From Octopus bimaculoides (Eukaryota), in NCBI RefSeq assembly GCF_001194135.2, contig NC_068981.1, positions 163,175,528-163,239,527 of the forward strand: a DNA stretch of 64,000 nt. Reading direction: 5' to 3'. Of the stretch, positions 53,401-64,000 are shown piece by piece. Positions within the stretch are counted from its first letter, which is position 1; each line of letters starts with the position of its first letter. Position numbers and translations under genes: made by a program. The notes under the pieces were generated by a model. It was not told the origin of the DNA. It saw only the letters and a program-made list of their open reading frames with translations, and searched no databases.

Positions 53401-54229
53401 AGGGTCCAAAAATAAATAAGTAAATAAGTAAATAAATAAATATATAAATGCTCACTATCCTAGATAAATTGTTGTTAGATAGAAAGCAATACAAAAACTT
53501 TAACAGCAGAAGAACAAAAAAAAAAAATAATATCAATTTACAAGACAAAGCACATTTGAATGGAAAGATTAATGAGGGTAGAAGAACATGAAGATTTCAA
53601 TGGGAAGTAAAACAACTACCTTTTAAGCTACACAAGTATTTAGGTTGGATGTTTTATAGGATACAGGAGAATGTTATCTGGGTCACATTACCATAGTAAC
53701 ATTCATTTAGTTAATGCCACAGATCCCTCTGCCACCTCAAATTTAAATACAAGTCCTTGTTTAACATGAAGGGGTTAACTGAACATTTACTAAATACATA
53801 AACTCTAATCTCCTGAACAATCTGGAAGAAGTCTAGTCCAATAGGTTTTGAGAAGAGTTTAGATTATGACAGTTCATTAGTCAAGTGATTTAAGCAATTC
53901 TAATTAAAAACGAAAAATTAAAATTCTAAAACACCTGCAACCTTTGTTAAGATAATTAGTCAGCCTGTCTTGCTACATCGTAATAGTCATTTCTCATCTT
54001 AAGATCCGTTCTTTATTCAATGATACTTATTGTTTCAATATACCAGTTATTTCTCACTTCTATTGTTATGCAGTCATAACTTAAAATACAATATTATCAT
54101 TATCATCAGCTAGCTCTGTCATATGTGTGAGCTTCCTAGTTGTATAATCAACATGTGATGGAACAATTAGTATTGTTCAGTATTTAAAAAGTTTATATGC
54201 TTAAAAGATTATAATTTTTTTAGGCTAGT

Positions 54230-54552
54230 CTTACACTTGTTTCAGTCACTAGACTGTGGCCAAGATGGAACATTAACCCCAGTATTCCATTGGACTTTTT
54301 TTGCCAGACCACTAGGTTATAGGATGTAAACAAACCAACACTAATTGTCAAGCAGTGATAGGGGACAAACACAAAATTACACACATGTATACATGACAAG
54401 CCCATACGGTTTTGTCTCCCAAATTCACTCACTAAGCATAGGTTGGCCCAGGGCTATAGTAGCAGACACTTGTCCAAAGTACTGTGCAGTGGGACTGAAC
54501 CTAAAACCATGTAGTTGCAAAGCAAGCTTCTTAACCACATAGCCATGCCTGC
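54230..54552 (-). mobile_element. SINE family A
   Basis: Reverse-complement tail, core and head. Confidence 0.85.
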
Positions 54553-54962
54553 CTACTCTATTAGTTAGTTTTATCATAGAGTTTCATCAATTCCTTTCAA
54601 ATAACACCTTACCTACATTGCAACTGAACCTCATGCGAACGAGGAAGCCTATACAAGGTCACTCAATCTAATAGACATAGCAGCTAAATCTCCTGCAAAT
54701 CATCTACTGCAATAATCTCTTTTACTCTCTGATACATTGGAAACCAAAAAATAAAAATTACTGGTACACATTGTATGAAAAGTTTAAAGAAATTACTTTA
54801 AAGTAAAAATTTTAAAAGAAGTGGAAGAGGGAGTGATATCAGAAAACTATTTCGTATTTGCATATAACAAGATTATGAACAACGGGATTTCTTCATGACG
54901 CTTGAGCATTTATATAGATTTTCTAAAGCTTCATATAATGCTTTTTGAAAATATCCTTCTGC

Positions 54963-54994
<32 letters not shown>

Positions 54995-55005
<11 letters not shown>

Positions 55006-55158
55006 CTTGGCGTTAGGAAGGGCATCCAGCTGTAGAAACTCTGCCAAATCAGACTGGAGCCTGGTGTTGCCATCCGGTTTCACCAGTCCTCAGTCAAATC
55101 GTCCAACCCATGCTAGCATGGAAAGCGGACGTTAAACGATGATGATGATGATGATGAT
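54995..55158 (+). mobile_element. Young 5'-truncated RTE 3' tail
   Basis: Near-identical to 22380-22515; (GAT)n end. Confidence 0.9.
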
Positions 55159-55199
55159 ATAGCAGTTTGCCACAGAACACAATTTTGAGGATCACTGTA

Positions 55200-55307
55200 T
55201 GTCTGTCTGTTTGCCACACAGACAGACAGACAGACAGACAGAGAGGGAGAGAGGAGAGGGAGAGGGGGTGAGAGAGAGAGGGGGTGAGAGAGAGAGGGGG
55301 AGAGAGG

Positions 55308-55342
<35 letters not shown>
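55200..55342. repeat. (TCTG)/(CAGA)n then purine-rich (GA)n/GGGGG repeat
   Basis: Direct reading. Confidence 0.9.
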
Positions 55343-55345
<3 letters not shown>

Positions 55346-55359
55346 AAGAATTTTGTAAT

Positions 55360-55710
55360 CGTGTGGTTTGATGTTTAGTATCACAGAGCAACATCTTGGG
55401 TAAGTGTCTCCTACCACAGCACTGGGACCAACCAGTGCTTTGTGAGTGGATTTTGGAGATGGAAACTATGTAGAAACCTGTTGTATATATAAATATGTGT
55501 GCCTTTATGTTGTGATTGTTCCCCCCATTGCTTGACAACCTTGTAGTGGCTCGTTTAAATTCCCGTAACTTAGTTGTTCAGCAAAAGAGAACCAATAGAA
55601 TAAGTACCAGATTTAGAAAATAAGTCTTGAGGTTGATTTGTTTGACTGCGCCCTTGAAGGCAGTGCCTCAAATTGACTGCAGTCCAATGACTGAAGCAAG
55701 AAGAAAATAA
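55360..55710 (+). mobile_element. SINE family A, decayed
   Basis: cttgggtaagtgtctcc, tttgtgagtggatttt, tail gactgaagcaag. Confidence 0.8.
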
Positions 55711-56174
55711 CGAAATGTGCGACACACTGTATAATGTTGCTTAGAATACAATGTGTCTGAAAATGAGGAGAAAAAGAGGGAACAAACTATGTTTAGAATG
55801 CTTTTCATTGTAACTATTTGATCAGTAACAACAAACCACCTAAAACTAAGGCATTGCTTAGGTGTAAGCTTATTGCTTCAACTCACATGAACTTATGATT
55901 TTATAATGACAATCTTAACTAATTATCTACCTAACTATCTTGGTACATTACAATTTCAGAAGGGGAAAAAAAAAATCCATAATTAAGATTTATGTGAAAG
56001 ACTTCTAAAAAATTTAGTACAGATACAGATTACAGACTAACACACACACACACACACAATTTAATAACCAGACAAGTAATAACTTCTCTTTTTCAAATTT
56101 ATACACACTCATATACACCACTGGCCCTGCAATAAGTACACACACACACACACACACACGTGAACGTACGCACG

Positions 56175-56232
<58 letters not shown>

Positions 56233-57112
56233 CACACACCTGTGCCTGGACATGAGCACACATATACTCACACACACAAATACAATTGGATTCATATATA
56301 AAAATTTAGAACATTACAATGCCTCAGCAATAGACAAAGGAGATTTTTACGACATATCTTCTGAATGTTTCTGTTAAAATTTAGTTGATCTTACAAACCA
56401 AAAAAAAAAGTCACTGGGTACCCATGCAAAGCAAGCACAAACACATACATACTCTCTGTCTCCATTTCAGTTACAATAAAAATCTTCTTAAATGCTTATT
56501 TTCAGAAAAAAGTCTTAAATTTTTTGTCTCTATTTTAACCAAATAATTCAGTTTTTCTGTTACTGGTTGCAGTCTATAGACTGTGAAGTTACTAGGGCAC
56601 AAGAATCCCTGCAGATAAATTGATTGGATACAAGAATTAATGTCAACAGACAACGGTGCTTCTTGAACTAAATCCACTACTTTCAGTGAAACTGCTAAGC
56701 TGTTACATATCAAAAGCGAATAACAGAGTGAGTAGATGAATTAGGGATACAAACACTACACAAATTTTTGCAGACATTAGAGATTGAAAGAGAGAGAAAC
56801 TAAACAAAAAGGAAGATAGAGAATGGGGATGAGAATGAGCAGTGGAAATGCAAAACTCAGCAGACAGAGCAACATTAACAAAAGAATAATTTATTAATTT
56901 CATCTCTTTGATGATTTGACAAAGAGGTAGGTTGAAAGGGTTAAGTAGAAGTTGGTCTCCAGACATTGATTATTAGAATTAAGAACAGATTTAAAATAAA
57001 TTCTCTTGTATCATTATGAGTAAAAATCAAGTGCACACACACACACACGTGCTCACGCATGAACATTTTGCTCCAAACCACTCACTGTAGCCTTGCACTG
57101 TGTTCTCTAAAG

Positions 57113-57143
57113 CTGATATGTTTCAAGAAGCTAAAGGAAGGAG
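57113..57143 (+). CDS. Candidate 31-nt exon
   Basis: cttgcactgtgttctctaaag acceptor, GAG|gtatgc donor; two frames open. Confidence 0.18.
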
Positions 57144-57483
57144 GTATGCATTTAAAGAAAGAGTCCACTGGGCCCCAACTTTGCTATTACATGACCCCAT
57201 TGTAACCATAGATATCATGTCAAAATTGGCCTAATAAGCCACTTCAGGACTCATAAAGTGCAATGCTGATAACCGGGTCATCTTCAGAGACATGAAGGAT
57301 GAAACTTATAACATATAAAATTAAACATCTATGCAAGTGCATGCCCAGTAAAATTAAAACTATAAATATTAATTATTAACTGCAAAAAGCAAATAATTTC
57401 CAATTCATTATAAAAAATGCTAATTTAAGGTATAGAATTAAAAGCACATCAGACAGGCAATTTCTCTGTCTTCCAATCTTATG

Positions 57484-57516
<33 letters not shown>

Positions 57517-57526
57517 NNNNNNNNNN

Positions 57527-57557
<31 letters not shown>

Positions 57558-58273
57558 GAATGTGTGTGTGTATTACCGGCTGAATTTCTCGTAGGTATAA
57601 AACTGAAAGCAAATAAATACAGAAAAATCGTTATGCCTCAGAAGTTCATTAGATCTGCTCTAATTAGAACTAAATTTGCTTTACTAGTTCCAATAGTGAA
57701 ACAAATCTTAAGACCGTTTGGTCATATCATTTTCATACATAATTAATAACATCATATAGTCTATGATTTAGTTAAATTAGTAGGCTTCCTTCAAATAGTG
57801 TACTTTGTAGTACTTACAAACACAAGGTAGGCTGCACTATTTAGGCTTCTTAAGTGTATCGTGTCCTGCCTGTGTCCATGAACGTAATGCAAGATGGGCA
57901 ACAAGCTTAGGAATTGCTGTCACCTAGTTTGACTATTCATTTGCCAATCAAGACATATAACAAGCCTTTAACCCTACACTAAGAAAAGCAATGCGAGTCA
58001 GTTAGGATAGTGAGAACTAGCTGAGTAATAGGTAAAGTGCTTATATCCTATCACGTTCTGAGTTCAAACATAGCAGGGATTGACTTTGTATTTCATCTTT
58101 AAGTATTGGAGTTGATATGCATTACGCCGTTTCAACCGGAGCTCAGCCATAAAGCATTTAGTCGAACAAGTCTACGTCCAGTACTTATTCTTACAGGCTC
58201 TTTTACCAAACTGCTAAGTTACCAGTGTTGGTTTGTTTACAAACCAATAGTAAGTGTCAAGCAGTTGAGGGCA

Positions 58274-58317
<44 letters not shown>

Positions 58318-60749
58318 TTTCTTCTATCAAATGCATTTGGTGAATCTATTTTAACAAGTTCATTCCTTTTGATGCATATGCACTTCGTTTAGCAATGAAT
58401 TTGATCTAATAAAATCATTGTGAAATCTCAGTGCTGTAATAGGTTATTGTCACATTTTGGTAAAAGTCATATCAATTAAACTATTTGAATTATGCTCAGA
58501 ATAACTAATTTAAAGGATGAAAAAAAGAGGGGGACACAGACACAAAGCAGTGCTGTAAATAATGTCTTCGTTTTTTCAAAAGGCAAGAGCAGTTAGAAGT
58601 TATATAGATTTCTCTTCAACCGTGAAGTGGAATTGGAATACTTGAAATCAAGTGTGTGTGTGTGTGTGTGTGTACACATGTACAGACATCTGAATGTCTA
58701 TGTGGATGGTTGGTTGGCTGGCTGGCTGGCTGGCTGGATGTTTGTATGTGTTCATGTCTGCACATGTATGTGGAAATAACCGAAGAAAGTGAAGAGATGG
58801 TGGTTACAAAAAAAAAAAAGATATAAAATAGGTGGCAGTACAAAAGCAATAAACTACCCCCATTAAAAAAATCTGGTTATTCCATTTATTTATTTATTTA
58901 CTATATTTATTTATATACATATTTCATTATTAATTTCAGTTTCATTATTTACATCACTAAGCTCCCAATGTCGTTTCATTACAGCATATTAACTTCAAAT
59001 GGTAAAGTCATCCGGAAGAAGATACATGTTTAGTTAAGAGCATGCAATGTAAATTATGAGAACATAAGAGAGAATGTAGGATGCAAAATAAAACTTCTGA
59101 AACTAATCCTTTCTATTTAATTATGCAGTAAAAATTGCAATTTTGTTTTTTTTTTGTTTTGCATATTCTTTTAATTATCTTATTTGCTTTATAAAAATTT
59201 AACTCCCTTCCCTATTCATCCATTCTCAAATTTATATTACAAAATTAATTTTTTTAAATAAATATATATAGATGTGTGTATATTCATGCATATGCACACA
59301 TATACACACATACATACATACATACATACATACAAGCCCAATCAAATCATGATGCTTTAAGTTTCAAATTGCAAATAAGCATTATACATTTCTTCGAAGA
59401 ATTTGAAAATAATTTAATTAGCATGAGTAAAGAATACAGAAAATATAGCAAGTGAGATTTATTTAAAATTCTAATTGAATTTTAATATTTAGGGGGAATG
59501 AGTGAATGAGTGAGTGAGTGGTATGTGGTAAGGGTGGAATGGTTGAAATTTAATGTAAAAATTTCCAATTCTTTTTGTCCCCCATCCACCGTTCATACAC
59601 CAGCAGAAGGACATAAAAGATAATCAACAAGATCAAGAACAATAACAACAACAGTAACAACAACACGAGCACTTAGGTAAAGAATTCCTTGAGAAACAGA
59701 AGAAACAATGTTTCCACTGAGTGATTCCAAAGTCACAACTTATAACAATTATTGCATTAAGCACATGAGATTATGAAAATCCTATTAATTTTTCTTTTAA
59801 AATTTGAAAAGTCTTCAATATGCTTCGAGATAGAATACATTTATTTAGCAATATAATAATAAATAAATAAAATTATTACTATTATCATTGCTGTTGTTGT
59901 TACAATGTTGATAATAAATAAATAAATATATAACTAGAAAATGCATTAGTGGCACTAAAGGTTGGCCTTTTTGATTGCTACAACAATTAGTAGCCATCTG
60001 TAATCAATGATGCTTAATCTTTGCTAAAATGTTCTAACGCTTATCTAATCCATTTGATGTTTATCATAAAACAATAATCTTTTCGAGCTATTATAAAATT
60101 TTGCATTGAATTTTATTTGTTTGCTTCTCCCCACCATCACCATCCTTTTTATATATTTTTTTTTGTTAATTTATATTGTTTTTACTTTTTTTCTATTATT
60201 GATTTTGTGGATCTTTTATAAAAATTACATTCACATAGATTGTTTCTACTGGGCAAGATGATGATAAAAATAAAAAATTTTTAAATGAATGTAAAAAAGA
60301 ACTTAACGATGCCTCAAAACATATGTTAAGTTTAATCTCAATTAATCAAGACAACATAATGCAATATCATATTGTACATACATACATACACATATATATA
60401 TATATATATGTACCATATACTCTACAACATGCATGTGTCAGTGTGCATATACGGTCATGTATGTGTACATTAATAGACACTAACAATTAATTTAAGAACC
60501 CATCATAATAATTATTCTTACAGAGTATAACTTAAACACTGATGGAGAGGTGCAAAAGGCTTCTTGGCGTGAGGCGTAGATAGCTAATTTACATGATAAC
60601 CGATAAATTGTTAGTATCGAAAGTGAAAATTTACTGCTTTATATAAAATTCTTGTCTGTTAATAGATATTTCTTAAGAGAAGGTGGCAAGGTACAAATTA
60701 TACATGGCCAAGAGTATGAATCTATTATGTCAACTGTTATAGTACTCTC

Positions 60750-61163
60750 TTTCTCTTTTCTCTTTACTCTTTTACTTGTTTCAGTCATTTGACTGCGGCC
60801 ATGCTGGAGCACCGCCTTTAGTCGAACAAATCGACCCCAGGACTTATTCTTTGGAAGCCTAGTACTTATTGTATCGGTCTCTTTTGCCGAACCGCTAAGT
60901 TACGGGGACGTAAACGCACCACCATCGGTTGTCAAGTGATGCTGAGGGGACAAACACAGACACACAAACATAAACACACACATACATATATATACATATA
61001 TACGACAGGCTTCTTTCAGTTTTCGTCTACCAAATCGACTCACAAGGCTTTGGTCGGCCCAAGGCTATAGTGGGAGACACTTGCCCAAGGTTCCACACAG
61101 TGGGAATGAACCCGGAACCATGTGGTTCGTAAGCAAGCTACTTACCACATAACCACTCCTACG
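60750..61163 (-). mobile_element. SINE family A, young full-length copy
   Basis: High identity to the reverse complement of 23740-24206; CpGs largely retained. Confidence 0.93.
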
Positions 61164-61828
61164 AGTATTTACTATATCAAACTTCGTAGGATTTGAACCC
61201 ACAAAGTTGGTGGTGGTGGTGGGGGTGGGGGTGGAACTAAATGCTGCAAGACAATTTGAATGCCAGTCTGTCAATTCAGCCATCTACAGACCAATAGTTA
61301 AGACTACATCCATTAATGATTCTTGACACTTCAAACACTCTTATGAAAGGGAATAAAAAGTAAATGAGAAAACTGAAAGCCTAGATGAGCTCTAAGGATT
61401 CTTTGCATTTCAGCAACATTACTTACTGCATGGAAGTAAATCCTAAACGAAAAAAATTGTATTTAAATAAGCAAAGATTGTGACAAGTATTGATGTGTGT
61501 GTATATACACACACAAAACACACAAGCCTCTGTCTGTAAGTATGGATGTATGTATGTACCCTGACATTATTTACTCACTTTAGCGTAAAACAGTATCACT
61601 GCTTAGGTGTCCCAGTGTATGCTTACAGTTACAAAATGTCTGGCTACTTACTAAACAGTCTGGTGTTTGAAAGACCAGGAGAATATGTACCTCATTTGAA
61701 AAAAAAAGCAAGCGTTGGTGACAAAGAGAGTAGCTGATGATAGAATATTGTTACTTCTATAAATAAATCTCATTTTATTTATTCAATATCCATTTTCTCC
61801 CTTAAAACTATATTTTTCTCCAAATTTT

Positions 61829-61877
<49 letters not shown>

Positions 61878-62676
61878 ATGTGTTTGTCTACATACATGTG
61901 TACAAGAATGGAATTGTTTTAGTCTCAATATGCATATGTCTGCTAAAAACAAAGGCTTCCTTCTATGTCTGTCTCTCTCCAACCTGATACACAAACACAG
62001 ATATCTACTAATACATCGCACCTATAGTTGGATAGAATATTTGTGAAAAGTGAACACACGCATACATGCATACAGATATAGTGGGGGAAAGAACAAGATG
62101 GTTAAGAACAATGCATATATGTATTGTTTCGAACTAAATCCCAACAGGTGAGCTAGACACCATTTAATGATGCCACTTTCAGACATTATTGTATTACTGT
62201 AGCATACCATTGGAAAGATTGCTGGCAGGCACATTAGCTAGTAACAGAGTTTTGATGGTTTACAGGTGTAGTTCCATGGTATATTCAATCTATTGTGGTT
62301 TCAAATTATAGGCCCAAACTTTGGTCATAATAATAAATGTGGTGCTGTATTGATTATACTGTGTGGAAAATGGTGAGCATATGAAAGCTTTCCAGCTGGT
62401 GGACTTTATTTACATTTGCATAAGTATGTGCATGTAAATGTTCGTGTATTAATATAGTTTTTTTTTTCACATTTGCATATACCATGTGTATGTATGTATA
62501 TATGTGAGCATATACATGCACATACCTACATATATAAATTCACATGCACACATAAACGCATACATATACCTAGATTATAATATATATATATATTTATTTA
62601 TTTATTTATATATTAAAAAATATACACACAGATATGTGAAATGAAGAAAAGCAAAGATGTATGTATGTATGTATGT

Positions 62677-62716
<40 letters not shown>

Positions 62717-62719
62717 TGC

Positions 62720-63420
62720 TGTACCCAATGTAAGCTTTGGACACACAAGAGATGTAGTGGAATTACAAGCAGGCTAAACGAGAAGGTAAGCTTCATATGT
62801 GACAGGTGTATTGGAGCAATGCACAATCAGAAATAGAGCACAATCGGAAATAGAATGTTTTAAACATCCTTATGGCTCACAAGAAGTGGTTGATAGCTTC
62901 TCCTATCAAGGAGATATAATAAGACAGTTGCTCTAGAAAGTATAGTAGCTGAGGTAATAATGGATTGGAAAACATTTGGGATGTTAATAATACCATTAGC
63001 TCTTTTCCTTCAGAGTGAAGGACAGGTTGTATGATGTTTGTGTTACAAATACAATGTCGTATAGTAGCAAGAAATAGGCACGGCCTGTCAAAGGCTTCCA
63101 CGGACTACAAAGAACAGAAGCAAATTTACTCCAGTGGATGTGCACTGTTAGTGTGCATGGAAGCAAGATTACAAACGATGTTATAAGAATCAGGTGTAGT
63201 GTGCAAGAGAACAGGCAGCTCTGGTATGGGTATGTGAAGTATATAGAGGAAAATTGCTGGATACAACAAAAGTGTCAGGTACTCCAAGTTAGTGGAACCT
63301 ATAGGAAAAGAGATCTGAAGATATTGCACTTCATAAAAGTGATGATAAAATGACTGTACAGGTTGGCAATATGTGGTGCGACTCATGGCCCTTCAACAAG
63401 GCACAAGTGAAGTTCTTAAA
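62720..63420 (+). mobile_element. RTE-clade LINE fragment (PHD-like finger to C-terminus), decayed
   Basis: CTQCKLWTHKRCSGITSRLNEKVSFICDRCIGAM; EVVDSF.Y; IRCSVQENRQLWYG; homologous to 35520-36110. Confidence 0.85.
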
Positions 63421-63499
63421 AAGTCATGATATAACACACACACACACACACACAATTTAGTTATAAGGATTGATTAAATGCCATTTGTGCTTACTTTTT

Positions 63500-63800
63500 A
63501 CATATATGTTCTACAAGACACATCATACAACTTTATCAGCGTTCATCCTCCCCCACCATTTTATATGCTTACACCACAACTCTTGCAACTCCTCAATGAG
63601 TCCCAATCTATTCATGATTCCTCATTTCATATTTTATGCTTGGCTTGCTGTACTACCAATCTTCATGCTCTTTGCCAGGTTACCTTTATTGCCATCCAAC
63701 TACCTACCTGCCCTGCACCCACCCACAGTTTCCTTTCCTACTCCTCTCTTTCCCCCCACTTCAGATGCCCCTGGGCTATCCATACTCTGCCTTTCCTCTT
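63500..63800 (-). mobile_element. Possible decayed RTE 5' region / start of AP-endonuclease
   Basis: Minus strand gives VGSW...GK.SMKIG with frameshifts, resembling the RTE RVGSWNVGT..GKS motif. Confidence 0.3.
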
Positions 63801-64000
63801 CTGCCTGTGGCTACAGATACCCTCTAACAACTCATTCCCCTAATTACTCCCATTACATTCAACCACTGCTTCCTCAACCCCACCTTCATCTTTCACAGCC
63901 CCTTTTCCATATCTGCATCTCACAACACCCCCATCTCATCCTGGTCTATGCCCACTTCCCTCCAATGACACTTTTAATGTTCCTCTGCACCCTAGTCCCT

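Noticed and set aside
56563-56727. Strong plus-strand acceptor plus downstream gtgagt donor
   Set aside because: All three frames contain stops

Overview
This is AT-rich eukaryotic DNA, saturated with microsatellites and transposable elements. The repeat families resemble those of an octopus/coleoid cephalopod genome; that assignment is an inference from repeat types and was not verified. No intact recognisable protein-coding gene is visible, and most ORFs in the supplied track are translated microsatellites or SINEs. Supported content: (i) many tRNA-headed SINEs of at least three families; (ii) decayed RTE-clade LINEs carrying a PHD-like finger, plus young 5'-truncated RTE tails; (iii) two fragments of an R4/Dong-like RLE retrotransposon; (iv) hAT, piggyBac and Tc1/mariner-type MITEs with visible TIRs/TSDs; (v) six N gaps. 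The most interesting signals are a complete minimal hammerhead ribozyme core (660-615, minus strand) in a short element that also has a Pol III B-box, a phase-compatible chain of short plus-strand exon candidates (40-57 kb) around a CpG-rich NRF1/Inr promoter-like site, and closely spaced inverted SINE pairs that could form long dsRNA.
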